DNA of 64,000 nt from a virus: positions 89,884-153,883 of the IMG/VR virus record IMGVR_UViG_3300027833_000015. One strand, given 5' to 3'. Shown here piece by piece: positions 1 through 9,313 of this stretch. A program made the position numbers and the translations under genes. The notes under the pieces were generated by a model, which worked only from the letters and a program-made list of their open reading frames with translations, had not been told where the DNA came from and searched no databases. The stretch's first letter is position 1, and the number at the start of each line of letters is the position of its first letter.

Positions 1-141
1 ACTGAGTAAGCAACGCAATGTAGATTGCCCTCTCCCACGGTAACATATTATCCAACTCCGTCAAACTATAATTATGGTGTTGCATCAAAGCGAAATTGGT
101 CTTGTAATGGTTTACAAGGTTATCATGAGACAGGGTTATTA
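1..141 (-). CDS. 51: T4 gp51-like baseplate hub assembly protein (runs off the window edge); probably reached by -1 frameshift from gp26
   Basis: Manual translation gives LITLSHDNLVNHYKTNFALMQHHNYSLTELDNMLPWERAIYIALLTQ, the typical gp51 motif of marine T4-likes. Not in the ORF track. Confidence 0.8.
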
Positions 142-888
142 GAAAAAATCAGATAACCCTTTCAACTCTACAGCGTTTTTGCTTCCACATTTAGTACACT
201 CGAATTCCGCATTGTGTTTCAATGCAGGCATATTTTCTAAAAAGTCTGTCATCACCTTTAACTGATTCGCTGTCATATTATCGACAAACGCGATCATGTC
301 TTCTAAGGATTCGTTTTTCGAATCAATTCTTTCGTCCTGTGTCAGAACAGCACCGATACAACTCGCCAGCAGTTCAATTACATTGGTGGACTTTTTCTCT
401 TCTGCTTGAGAGACGCCCTCGCGTATCATAGTCTCATACGTGGGATACTTCATCTCCACAGATATTTCTGGTGTTATAACGACAACATTACCACCATCAG
501 CAGCAGAGACAGATAACTGGTCGAGGTCTATCGTGTATTCATTTTGCTCACCACAAGTTGTTCGCTTTGGGTTTATACCATCAATCAATGAAGTGCACGA
601 GATCATTATCGTGGATGTTTCCCCTACAGACTTTGACCGTAGTTGGGTAAACATAAACTCGATGTCGAACGTGGCGAGTTGCTCTACATTTAAGTTTGCC
701 TTTGGATCCACGCATGCGTTCAGAGTATCTGCCATGGCAGACAAACACATATGCATATCCTTTGACTCAAACGCTTGTAGTAATATCTTCTCTTCTTTGA
801 CCAAGTATGGTCGGTATTTGACACGCTGCCCAGTTGAGGGGATTGTCATATTAAAATTCAGCGTTTCGTTAATCTTGGGTAATGCCAT
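139..888 (-). CDS. 26: T4 gp26-like baseplate hub subunit / tail assembly chaperone
   Basis: MALPK...IPSTGQRVKYRPYLVKEEKILL, LRSKSVGE, C-terminal CxxC and GLSDFF. Confidence 0.9.
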   Translation of the reverse strand: MALPKINETLNFNMTIPSTGQRVKYRPYLVKEEKILLQAFESKDMHMCLSAMADTLNACVDPKANLNVEQLATFDIEFMFTQLRSKSVGETSTIMISCTSLIDGINPKRTTCGEQNEYTIDLDQLSVSAADGGNVVVITPEISVEMKYPTYETMIREGVSQAEEKKSTNVIELLASCIGAVLTQDERIDSKNESLEDMIAFVDNMTANQLKVMTDFLENMPALKHNAEFECTKCGSKNAVELKGLSDFF

Positions 889-933
889 TATATTAAACTC
901 CAGTTCAATTGTGTAATAAAGTATGTATGTATA

Positions 934-1524
934 TCAAAGCAAATCAAATCGATCGATTTGATCCTGCTTCTTCACAAGGTAATTTGAGTATGTAAAGTTT
1001 ACAGTCAATTCCATTCCTGCTGTCTGTGCTTGATTATTTAGGTCTATCTCCGACATAGATATTGGATATGCCTTTATCAACTCCGTTTCGAATACGACAG
1101 AACCTGTCTTGTCCTTATTCAGTTGGTATATGGTGACACTCTTCGCATAGTTTTCGTGGAACCCTGCCTCGAATGGTGGTGTTGGTGTTACTATACAATC
1201 CATCCACTCTTGGAAATATGTGCGAGCAGAATAGTCATTAGTCATATAGAAGGTTAGGTTGACCTCTTGGAAGTTGAATCCGTTGGCGACCTTGATCTGT
1301 TCCATACCGATCACCCTCTCCGCTGTGGTGATATTCTTTCCAGGAATTTTAGCAGCAGTACAAAGGTCACTCAGGTCTCGTCTGTCGACCAAATCATTTG
1401 CTGTGCCGCCAGCAGGTTTTACTGTACCCGAAAGTGTAGGGAGCAGTATTTTATATCGGTTTGACGATGCAAGTCCACCACTGGCGTCTATAACTCCCCT
1501 CAGTCTGTCTGTACTAAATCTCAT
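934..1524 (-). CDS. Tail tube-family protein (gp19/gp54-like)
   Basis: GGLASSNRY N-terminus, LTFY...FQEWMD and AYPISMSEIDL motifs; baseplate gene context. Confidence 0.7.
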   Translation of the reverse strand: MRFSTDRLRGVIDASGGLASSNRYKILLPTLSGTVKPAGGTANDLVDRRDLSDLCTAAKIPGKNITTAERVIGMEQIKVANGFNFQEVNLTFYMTNDYSARTYFQEWMDCIVTPTPPFEAGFHENYAKSVTIYQLNKDKTGSVVFETELIKAYPISMSEIDLNNQAQTAGMELTVNFTYSNYLVKKQDQIDRFDLL

Positions 1525-2126
1525 ATTGGTTTCCTTGCCATTATCCTGCTCTCTTTATGCACTTTGCTTTCAGTTGCCTTCCTAAAGTATGCTGTTGGGA
1601 GATGCACTGCAACTTCCCATTCATTGGCAGGTACATTAGCAACCCTTCCTATCATATTCGAATACCGATACCGTTTGATGCAGGGTCTGTGTGCCTTCAG
1701 AAACGTCTTGCCTTGCAGATAGTCATAGTTGATCTTGAGTCTTGTCTTTGGTCCAAAATTATCTAACTGCGTAGTCGCTCGAGGTAGAAGGTTGTAGTAC
1801 AACCGTTGCCTCAAGTCTATCGGGAGATAGTGCAGGTTGAGTCCAAGAAACCCTTCCTTGTATAATTCCAACATTATAACCAGAGGGAACCTGTCGTAGT
1901 ATCTCAATGTCATTATGTTCTTCGGTTTATAGAAGAACATGTACATCCTACCGATGAAGTAAGTTGCCGCCACTGGCATCTGCGTCTTTATCTTGTTTCG
2001 GTTGACGTCCAGACCATTTATCTCATCCATCTTATCAAAGAACCAATCACGGGATGCCTTTGTGTTAGCATCCAGACCTTCTGCTTCGAGTTGTTGCTTG
2101 TATATTTCGAATTGGTTCTCATCCAT
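1521..2126 (-). CDS. 2: DNA end protector protein (gp2)
   Basis: GRMYMFFYKPK, YYDRFPLV, FLGLNLHYLP, PCIKRY. Confidence 0.9.
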   Translation of the reverse strand: MDENQFEIYKQQLEAEGLDANTKASRDWFFDKMDEINGLDVNRNKIKTQMPVAATYFIGRMYMFFYKPKNIMTLRYYDRFPLVIMLELYKEGFLGLNLHYLPIDLRQRLYYNLLPRATTQLDNFGPKTRLKINYDYLQGKTFLKAHRPCIKRYRYSNMIGRVANVPANEWEVAVHLPTAYFRKATESKVHKESRIMARKPI

Positions 2127-2132
2127 ACTGTT

Positions 2133-2140
2133 TATTTATA
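2133..2140 (-). promoter_or_regulatory. T4-type late promoter TATAAATA
   Basis: Exact consensus immediately upstream of gp2. Confidence 0.75.
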
Positions 2141-2167
2141 TAGATCGGAAGACTGTTTTTGAGGAAT

Positions 2168-2192
2168 AAAAAAAGCACCCCGCAGGGTGCTT
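2168..2192 (-). terminator. Intrinsic terminator after gp32
   Basis: GCACCC/GGGTGC stem, 4-nt loop, U-tract on the minus strand. Confidence 0.8.
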
Positions 2193-2215
2193 GCATAATC
2201 GAACAGATCTAGATG

Positions 2216-3130
2216 TTAGTCAGCGTTGGCCAACTTCTGGAAGTATGAGAAAGCATCCTCATCACCACCGTCGCCTGCTTCTTCAGCAGTGGCAGCAGCA
2301 CTTACAGCAACCTCTGGTTCACGAGCAGTCGGGGCAGAAGGTGCCTCTTCAACTTTATCGATAGCAACGTCACCAGCAATTGTGGTTGGTGCAGTCTGTC
2401 CTAACACTTCAAACAGTTTAGTCTGTAGTGCGTCGAAAGACTTGTAGTTTGCTGGATCGATATACTGGTTGATATCGTGCAGACCATTCATAGTGGTTTG
2501 CAGTTCAGTTTCATTACCACCGTGGAGTTCAGATGCTGCCTTGAACTCAGAACGATCGTAGTTGCGGTATCCCTCAACCTGACGGATCTTCAACTGGAAG
2601 TCAGCACCGTTCCAAAGATCGAAAGGATCTACAGGAGTTTCTCCTGGGAACTGAGGTGACATCATGTCTTGGATCTTATCAAAGATCTTCTTACCGAACT
2701 GATACATGAAGACTTTGCCTTCGTTCTCAGGGGCAGATGGATCTGATACAACAAGGATGTTGCAGACGTAGTGAAGTCGACGCTTCTGTTTACGAACAGT
2801 CTCGCGGTCTTCCTCGTTGCCAGAGTTCCACAGTTTGGTGTTGTACTCGCCAAGAGGGTCTTGGTTGCCGAGGGAAGTCAGTGACTTCTCGATGTACCAC
2901 TTACCAGTTGGTCCTTTGAAACCGTGGTCCCAGTATCGTACCCAAGGCACTTCGTTTTCAGAAGGGAGGAATCGGATGACAGCATAACCATTCTGCGCTT
3001 TGTCTACAGTTGGTTTCCAGATGTCTGGGTTGTCTTTGCGATCGGTTTTATCACCGCCACCTGCTTCTTGTGCAGCAGAGACGAGTTTGTTGATGTCATA
3101 ACGACGTGATTTTAATTTACTAATATCCAT
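2216..3130 (-). CDS. 32: Single-stranded DNA-binding protein (gp32)
   Basis: NGYAVIRFLP, HGFKGPTGKWYIE, FGKKIFDKI, acidic tail ending YFQKLA. Confidence 0.97.
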   Translation of the reverse strand: MDISKLKSRRYDINKLVSAAQEAGGGDKTDRKDNPDIWKPTVDKAQNGYAVIRFLPSENEVPWVRYWDHGFKGPTGKWYIEKSLTSLGNQDPLGEYNTKLWNSGNEEDRETVRKQKRRLHYVCNILVVSDPSAPENEGKVFMYQFGKKIFDKIQDMMSPQFPGETPVDPFDLWNGADFQLKIRQVEGYRNYDRSEFKAASELHGGNETELQTTMNGLHDINQYIDPANYKSFDALQTKLFEVLGQTAPTTIAGDVAIDKVEEAPSAPTAREPEVAVSAAATAEEAGDGGDEDAFSYFQKLANAD

Positions 3131-3255
3131 ATTGGATCCTTATATTGCTGAAGTATGATTGTATTCGCCCGACAGTATTAGTCGAACATGCTTGGCAGTA
3201 TGCGCCAAGAGTATCTATAATAACCGAACGGGATTGATATGTCAACAGATGATTA

Positions 3256-3501
3256 TTATTCAAATGGCAACTCTGCTGATTTCTCTAAAAAGTTTAGACT
3301 CATCGCTTCTGCTTCCAACTTTGCCTTGATGACAGTTGATACATACTTGCGAGCATCTTCCACTTCGATCTTATTTTCTTCACAGCAATGAATGACCGCA
3401 TCGATGTACGACAGTCGGTGTTCTTGAACTGCTACTTCAACAAGTTTGCTGAACTTTGACTTGGTCAAGAACTCAAGAGCAGGATTGACTTCTTCAGTCA
3501 T
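3256..3501 (-). CDS. 33: Late transcription coactivator (gp33)
   Basis: LSYIDAVIHCCEENKIE, KLEAEAMSLNFL; start reassigned to the ATG at 3501. Confidence 0.9.
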   Translation of the reverse strand: MTEEVNPALEFLTKSKFSKLVEVAVQEHRLSYIDAVIHCCEENKIEVEDARKYVSTVIKAKLEAEAMSLNFLEKSAELPFE

Positions 3502-3670
3502 CTGCTTCTCCGTCTTTCTGCTCGGGTGCAACCGTAATGACCTGTGAATCTTTTTGCAGATCTTGAATCATTTTCGATACTTGACCGTATGGTTGCGACA
3601 TAAGATAGTCGACTATACTGTTGAACATTGGGCGGGATAAACCAACCAGTGTGTTTTCTTCGCTTTCCAT
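3494..3670 (-). CDS. Small hypothetical protein (58 aa)
   Basis: Manual ORF MESEENTLVGLSRPMF...GEADD with AGGAG RBS, overlapping the gp33 start. Confidence 0.6.
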   Translation of the reverse strand: MESEENTLVGLSRPMFNSIVDYLMSQPYGQVSKMIQDLQKDSQVITVAPEQKDGEADD

Positions 3671-3678
3671 ATTATCTC

Positions 3679-4254
3679 CTAATTGTACTCAGCGGCAAGT
3701 TCTTCTGTCCAGACTTCGTCGAGGTCAGGGTAGAACATACCCAGTGTGCGCTTGACAGACCCATCAGGGTTGTACGCATTCACGATTGATATGATGTTCA
3801 TAGTTCCTTCTCTATTTGCACCATACTTGTGGTCAAGGTAGATACCGTCCTTGATGTATATTGCGAGGTTCTTTACATATGCCTCTGCGACCTGATACTC
3901 ACGACGAGCGTTTGTATCTTTTGAATCTTTCTGGTCACGCATTGCTCGCAGTTTATCTCGCCAATCTTTGAGTATCACCTTGGTGTTATTATAACTCAGC
4001 GGATGTGCGTCATCGAGAGCAGCAACGTCAGGGTGGCAGTTAGGTGCCTTGCCTGCATTCTTCTTCTCTCGTGCTGCTGCCAACCTTGCAACTGCTGCTG
4101 CTTTCTGCTCAGGGGACATCGGTTTACGAGTCCTCTTCACTTTGGTTGGTTTACGAGGAGCAACACCCATTTGTTCGAGCATTGCTACTTGTTTCTCTTC
4201 CTTCTTCTTGGCGCGTTTCTGCGCTGGAGTCAGGAGGTGGTCCATATCACTCAT
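3679..4254 (-). CDS. Hypothetical basic protein
   Basis: Long ORF in operon order; start set at MSDMDHLL. Confidence 0.7.
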   Translation of the reverse strand: MSDMDHLLTPAQKRAKKKEEKQVAMLEQMGVAPRKPTKVKRTRKPMSPEQKAAAVARLAAAREKKNAGKAPNCHPDVAALDDAHPLSYNNTKVILKDWRDKLRAMRDQKDSKDTNARREYQVAEAYVKNLAIYIKDGIYLDHKYGANREGTMNIISIVNAYNPDGSVKRTLGMFYPDLDEVWTEELAAEYN

Positions 4255-4523
4255 TATGATTTCCCGTTGTATTCGGTCAATGTGCTCAGGTTGAAAGACC
4301 TCCAACCAGCAGCATCAATATCCCAGCAGACAACAAGGTCATCGGAGTTTGAAGGTGGGTTGGGAGAAGTCTCTTTGTGCTGGAGAGGAGAGATGAATGT
4401 GTTTAACAATGTCCCGTTCATCTCACGGAGTTCACCGTTCTTCTTTTCAAATTTAAAATTGACTGGACCCAGTTTCATTTGGGCAATGACAGTTTCTTTC
4501 TTTGGTATAAGTTGTTTCTTCAT
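4254..4523 (-). CDS. WYL-like/SH3-fold (DUF2693-type) protein
   Basis: VNFKFEKKNGELREMNGTL and WDIDAAGWRSF. Confidence 0.75.
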   Translation of the reverse strand: MKKQLIPKKETVIAQMKLGPVNFKFEKKNGELREMNGTLLNTFISPLQHKETSPNPPSNSDDLVVCWDIDAAGWRSFNLSTLTEYNGKS

Positions 4524-4709
4524 GATACGTCCTTCGTCTCAATGTTCCATTTACGATCAGGATACTCGCGCTCGAGTCTCTCGACCATCTCTAAGGCAGC
4601 AGAGTATGTACTCGCTTGCCTTTTGTACGGGGACTCTTCTTGTCCTTCGTAGGTGATCAGTATTACTTCAGTTGCCATGTTATTCCTCGAGTGCAGACTC
4701 TATTATCGT

Positions 4710-4943
4710 TCAAACGGATTCAGATGTCAAGCGACTGCGTGGAGTGATCGGCATGCTCCTCAAACGATACTCCCCGACGCTTGTTGCAAATATAGCATTG
4801 TCTTCATCAGTCCACTCTATTTTTACCTTCTCGGTGAGAGAGACTTCTGAGTGATTGAAGAGAAACTCTTCCTTCGCCTGTTGTAATGTGGCAAACCAAA
4901 TGCTGTCATCGGGACTGTCGACAAAATACACTTTATCTCTCAT
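4710..4943 (-). CDS. Hypothetical early protein
   Basis: ORF in a tight operon. Confidence 0.55.
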   Translation of the reverse strand: MRDKVYFVDSPDDSIWFATLQQAKEEFLFNHSEVSLTEKVKIEWTDEDNAIFATSVGEYRLRSMPITPRSRLTSESV

Positions 4944-4946
4944 GGT

Positions 4947-5195
4947 CTATGCCTCCAGTGTTTTCTCTGACATATAGAAACCACCATTGCGAAAACGGAA
5001 GTATGCTGATTTCACGTGCTGATCGTTTTTATCCAGTGTGAGTTGCATCTCTCCAAGATGTTCCGTACCCAACTCTGCCATGTGGGCATACCTGCGATGC
5101 AGTTCACGCATTGCACCCTCAAGGGTGGCGTGTATGGTTTGAAGGTAATCGCCTTCATAATCAACATTTTCTTCTATAACAAATACAGTGTTCAT
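4947..5195 (-). CDS. Hypothetical early protein
   Basis: ORF in a tight operon. Confidence 0.6.
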   Translation of the reverse strand: MNTVFVIEENVDYEGDYLQTIHATLEGAMRELHRRYAHMAELGTEHLGEMQLTLDKNDQHVKSAYFRFRNGGFYMSEKTLEA

Positions 5196-5197
5196 TT

Positions 5198-5452
5198 CTA
5201 TCTTCCTTGCTTTGAAAGTTGTTCAACGTCTGACTCGTCTTCGGCAAAAATGCTTTCGAGTTTCCTTTGTGCGTCCTCGGCAGCAGCACGCTCTATCTGG
5301 AGTTTCCTTTGTGCTTGCTTCTGCATAGACTCGATGATACGCTGCTGGTCATCGCAAAGTTCGCGCAGTGCTTCGAGTTCTTGACGTGCCTGTTTCTTGG
5401 CATCGTCTGCGCCTTGGAGGTATGCTTGACTCATTTTATCTGCTACTGACAT
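5198..5452 (-). CDS. Coiled-coil early protein
   Basis: First gene after promoter cassette copy 1. Confidence 0.65.
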   Translation of the reverse strand: MSVADKMSQAYLQGADDAKKQARQELEALRELCDDQQRIIESMQKQAQRKLQIERAAAEDAQRKLESIFAEDESDVEQLSKQGR

Positions 5453-5455
5453 AAT

Positions 5456-5550
5456 CTCTTCCTTTTGGTTTCTCTCTCAACTTGCAACCATTATACCGCG
5501 ATGAGGGTACAAAGGCAAAGTCTAAAAAAGTGAATAGAATCAACAACTTA
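5456..5550 (-). promoter_or_regulatory. IHF-box/sigma70 early promoter/RBS cassette, copy 1
   Basis: IHF consensus AATCAACAACTTA 5538-5550; -35 TTGCCT, 17-bp spacer, -10 TATAAT; AAGGAAG RBS. Confidence 0.85.
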
Positions 5551-5766
5551 GACAACAACCCTGAACCATGGTTGGTTACGGTTGCGAGCAGTATTGACCG
5601 CCACGAACCCCAGATCAGCGAAGTCGTACAATTCGTCTTTGATCTTCTGGAGATTTTCGCTGGTGGTATCGATGTTCGCCAACACTGCGATGCTATGTGC
5701 ATTCAAAGACGAGTTGGACTCGCTCAGTGCTTTCAGGATACCATATGCTGTTACTTCGTTTTTCAT
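5548..5766 (-). CDS. Small early protein (possible winged-helix)
   Basis: Single ORF between two cassettes; its stop lies inside the IHF box. Confidence 0.6.
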   Translation of the reverse strand: MKNEVTAYGILKALSESNSSLNAHSIAVLANIDTTSENLQKIKDELYDFADLGFVAVNTARNRNQPWFRVVV

Positions 5767-5772
5767 ACTCAC

Positions 5773-5863
5773 TTCCTCTTGTGTTCTCTCTCAACTGCAA
5801 CCATTATAGCGCGATGAGGGTACAAAGACAAAGTCTGAAAAACTGAATAGAATCAACAACTTA
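5773..5863 (-). promoter_or_regulatory. IHF/promoter cassette, copy 2
   Basis: IHF box 5851-5863; TTGTCT-17-TATAAT. Confidence 0.85.
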
Positions 5864-6487
5864 CGTTGATGTGACGAATTCCACATTGGAGGGTGTGGGT
5901 ATTTTGGTGTTGGGGTGCTTGTGATATAGGACGAATTTGGTGTCCTTGAACTCATTGAATATCCCCGTCCAGATCGGACGCCAGATATCAAGCAGTCTGT
6001 GGTTGTTGATACCACTACGGTCACTGTTCAGGACAACGTCCGTGTACGAGCGCATGTTGTGGTCAAAGATCGAGTCGAATCCATACATGTGGATCTCGTC
6101 GGGTTGATGCCGTGTGGCGGCATAGTGAGTTGCGAGGTGTCCGCAATTGAAGTTTGTTGCACCGAGGTCGCCTTCGCCTGCATAAGAAGGAACTGTTGTA
6201 TAGAATTCCCTGATGTGCGATGCATGCTTCATGGCAAATACTGGGCGAGATTCCATAAACATCTTCGGGCGAGTGCCACAGATCCAGTGAAATCCATTCA
6301 GATCAATCGAACCTTCTTCGAGAGCAAAGCACATCTTGAAGTCAACAATGCAGGTGGCATAAGGTCGGACAACTTCGAACGGTGGCATGTTACACACAAT
6401 CAACTTGTCTGCGCGTTCGTACCGAATTGCTTCTGGCATCATCTGTGCCATGTCACCGTTGCCGAGTATGTGTAACTTCTTTGTCAT
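5861..6487 (-). CDS. Glycan-cluster protein, DUF115/GT29-like Rossmann fold
   Basis: HILGNG start, NCGHLA and IHMYGFD motifs. Confidence 0.55.
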   Translation of the reverse strand: MTKKLHILGNGDMAQMMPEAIRYERADKLIVCNMPPFEVVRPYATCIVDFKMCFALEEGSIDLNGFHWICGTRPKMFMESRPVFAMKHASHIREFYTTVPSYAGEGDLGATNFNCGHLATHYAATRHQPDEIHMYGFDSIFDHNMRSYTDVVLNSDRSGINNHRLLDIWRPIWTGIFNEFKDTKFVLYHKHPNTKIPTPSNVEFVTST

Positions 6488-7131
6488 AGTTTCATCTGTT
6501 TACGAATTTCTAGATTACCTTTCTCACCAGTCCAATGCATTATGACTGGATTGTTTGGAACGTTATTATCTATATGGTCTATTCTAAGCACATTAAACCT
6601 ATGGGGGACGTCTGCTATCATCATCACCTTACGCATAGCGTCACCACCTATCATAGCATGCAGAACTTCTTGGTCTCCGCGATGCTCCTTCTTCCCAGCA
6701 ACATTCATCCACTGGCGTAGAACTGGGGGTCTTCCTTCAAACGCAATAACTCCAGTGTTGTACCAGTCGCCTTTCTCTGGTCTGCGCAAACTCCAAGGGT
6801 GATCTTTTATCATTGCCAGTTTGTTGTGGACAACATAGTTGAATATTTCTTTGGGGTCTGACATTACTTGGCAGTCTGTGTCTAACCAACAAACTCTGTT
6901 AAACTCTTGGTCTGACGCTTCAAGCATTGCTTCTATCTTCGAGAACCAACCATTTGATTTACAGGCGATAATACGATGAGCAAAACTAGACACGCTCTTC
7001 AGCATCTCTTCGCTCATACCAAAGTCGGCAATGATTAACGGAGTCTTGCTGTGCTTTGAATAGTTATCGATGAACCAAGGCAATTGCCACTCAGTGTTCT
7101 TATCACAACCTGTTAGGTAACATGCGGTCAT
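6484..7131 (-). CDS. GT-A glycosyltransferase (GT8-like)
   Basis: WLDTD DxD motif, YNTGV, GDQEVL, IMHWTG. Confidence 0.8.
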   Translation of the reverse strand: MTACYLTGCDKNTEWQLPWFIDNYSKHSKTPLIIADFGMSEEMLKSVSSFAHRIIACKSNGWFSKIEAMLEASDQEFNRVCWLDTDCQVMSDPKEIFNYVVHNKLAMIKDHPWSLRRPEKGDWYNTGVIAFEGRPPVLRQWMNVAGKKEHRGDQEVLHAMIGGDAMRKVMMIADVPHRFNVLRIDHIDNNVPNNPVIMHWTGEKGNLEIRKQMKL

Positions 7132-7772
7132 AGTATCCTATAGGTCTCCCCGTAGTTATGTTTCGCTATGCATCCTGCTGTGGTCTGCATGGTGCTAAAA
7201 TCATCTCTCGCCTCAACTGGCCAAGGATAATACTCTTCGACAAAATCAAAGTTGCTATTGCATATGAATAGGTCTGTAGTTTGACCCAGAGTTTTCGCCT
7301 TCTCTATCAGAACCTTTGCTGCTTTAGGTTTTACGATATATGCGTGTGCTCCAGGAAGGTACTGTTTCGAGACGAGAGTATTGACACCAAGTATCGGAGG
7401 AGTAATAAACTTGCCATAACTTGGTGCACCCAGAGATAGCACTCCTTTGAAGTTAAGCGTGGTCGGGAGAAAGTTTGTGAAGACAGCATCGTGTTCAAGA
7501 ACAAAAACATCGACGTTTTGTTCTACAGAGTATTGCCAAAGTTTGTGATGTGAAAGGAAAGCAGAAAGGCATGGTTCTAATCGGGAATACACTTCCCTAA
7601 ATCCGTTGGTCTCTATTCCGAGGTTTTTGGCGATAGAAAGTGGATCATCTTTCGGAGTGTACGCTGGTGAAACTTCTACTTCTACACCATATTTTTTACC
7701 AGACCGCACACACCTCTGTGCGACTTGTACCGACTCTTCCATTCCAGTGATCGTTATAACAAATGCTTTCAT
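7128..7772 (-). CDS. GT25-like glycosyltransferase
   Basis: AFLSHHKLW, VLEHDA, GAHAYIVKPKAAKVL. Confidence 0.8.
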   Translation of the reverse strand: MKAFVITITGMEESVQVAQRCVRSGKKYGVEVEVSPAYTPKDDPLSIAKNLGIETNGFREVYSRLEPCLSAFLSHHKLWQYSVEQNVDVFVLEHDAVFTNFLPTTLNFKGVLSLGAPSYGKFITPPILGVNTLVSKQYLPGAHAYIVKPKAAKVLIEKAKTLGQTTDLFICNSNFDFVEEYYPWPVEARDDFSTMQTTAGCIAKHNYGETYRIL

Positions 7773-7900
7773 AACTTATGTCTTTTCTTCGGTTTACAAT
7801 TATATAGTTGTGCTGCTGTTGTCTGATTACACGGAGACAAACGGAGACCAATCATGGAACCCAATACGTTAAGAGGAATATACTTTCCTCTCCATGTGCC

Positions 7901-8629
7901 CTAGTTTGTTGTAGTAGAAATTATCTTCCTGGCATAAGTTGCATATGGATACAACACTTTTAGTTCGGGAAATAACTGTCGGCACATAACAGCATCATTT
8001 GGCCACATCCCTATGCGTTGAACTTCAGCAAGAAGTTTCTTTGCGAGTGCGGGTCTGATGAGATACGCACTGTTGCCAGCAAGTCCCATTGGAAAAGGTG
8101 GTTCTGTCGGTTCGTCGATGATGGGTACTCGGTGAATCCCGTCCCCACACGCTGCGACTTTTGCATGGAACAATTGTCCCTTGCGAGTATTGCCCCTCGG
8201 GTCATTTAACCCGACAGCACCCCATTTTGTATCTTCCATGATAACAGATATATCTATATCACGGATGAATTCTGCATCGTGCTCGAGTACCATGATTGGT
8301 TCGTTGGACTCAGCACATAATTTCCATAGACGGTAATGACTCAGCGCACACGCTACGACCTTGTTCTGGTCTGCTGCTTGGTAAGTCCTCTTGTGCAACC
8401 CAGTGTACAAGCAGTATCCGTCATCTTCTGTTCGGGTTGGCCATGACCATGCTATCTGTTTCCCGAACACATCCTGTATATGTTTATATATGTCTATTGG
8501 TTGCGTTGCCTCAAATGTATTAAACTTGACTGCTTGGGCGATCCAACAATTTCCACTAGATTGCGTGGCGTGACTTCCCAGCAAAGATAGAGGATGGTCT
8601 GACATTGTTATGATGTGTGCGTTTATCAT
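7901..8629 (-). CDS. GT25-like glycosyltransferase
   Basis: ACALSHYRLW, VLEHDA, GNSAYLIRP. Confidence 0.85.
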   Translation of the reverse strand: MINAHIITMSDHPLSLLGSHATQSSGNCWIAQAVKFNTFEATQPIDIYKHIQDVFGKQIAWSWPTRTEDDGYCLYTGLHKRTYQAADQNKVVACALSHYRLWKLCAESNEPIMVLEHDAEFIRDIDISVIMEDTKWGAVGLNDPRGNTRKGQLFHAKVAACGDGIHRVPIIDEPTEPPFPMGLAGNSAYLIRPALAKKLLAEVQRIGMWPNDAVMCRQLFPELKVLYPYATYARKIISTTTN

Positions 8630-9313
8630 TTAGAATCCGTGGGATGTCTTCAGGTTCTTGCTATTAAACTTCACGGGAGCAGGAGAAATATAATCCATAC
8701 TCACGTTCATACTATTTATGAAGAAATCAGACTGGTCGATTCCGTGAGTTTCTAATGCATCCAATAACCTTCTAGCACCTTTCGGTGTGAGCGCATACGC
8801 AGCAGTTCCAGGTGCCATGTCGCTAAATTTAAAAACATTGTCTTTGTAATATTTTAGTGGGTACGATATCGGAAACTTTCCTGCGCCTACAGGAAATTCA
8901 TATCCCAAGAATTGTCTCAGCGCGAGTGGACTTGGTGCTTTGAACACGTGGTCGCAGTTTAGCAGAAGATATTCCGAGAATTTGATTTTGGGTGGAGGAG
9001 ACACGCATATAGAATCGTGTTCGAAGAAACACATTCTCTTCTTGCCTCCAGCGACTTCTTGCCAGAAGTTAATGTGGTTGGTGAAGCAACTCATCTTGGT
9101 GTCGAATATTGCTTTGTCCTGTTTCTTAAAACCATCCAGTCTACCATTGGGGACGGGAGGTTTGTTATAGTGTTCGCTTTGAGAAACTGTCTTCGGTGTT
9201 ACACCTGCGTGGAGTTCAACGTCCCAACCGTGGGAAATAAAACTCTTCAGCGAGTCATTTGCTTGCTGAGTAGATTCTGCATGACCTTCGATGTATATGA
9301 TACGACCTTTCAC
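8630..9313 (-). CDS. GT25-like glycosyltransferase
   Basis: SCFTNHINFW, FEHDS, GTAAYALTPKGARRL. Confidence 0.8.
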   Translation of the reverse strand: MKGRIIYIEGHAESTQQANDSLKSFISHGWDVELHAGVTPKTVSQSEHYNKPPVPNGRLDGFKKQDKAIFDTKMSCFTNHINFWQEVAGGKKRMCFFEHDSICVSPPPKIKFSEYLLLNCDHVFKAPSPLALRQFLGYEFPVGAGKFPISYPLKYYKDNVFKFSDMAPGTAAYALTPKGARRLLDALETHGIDQSDFFINSMNVSMDYISPAPVKFNSKNLKTSHGF

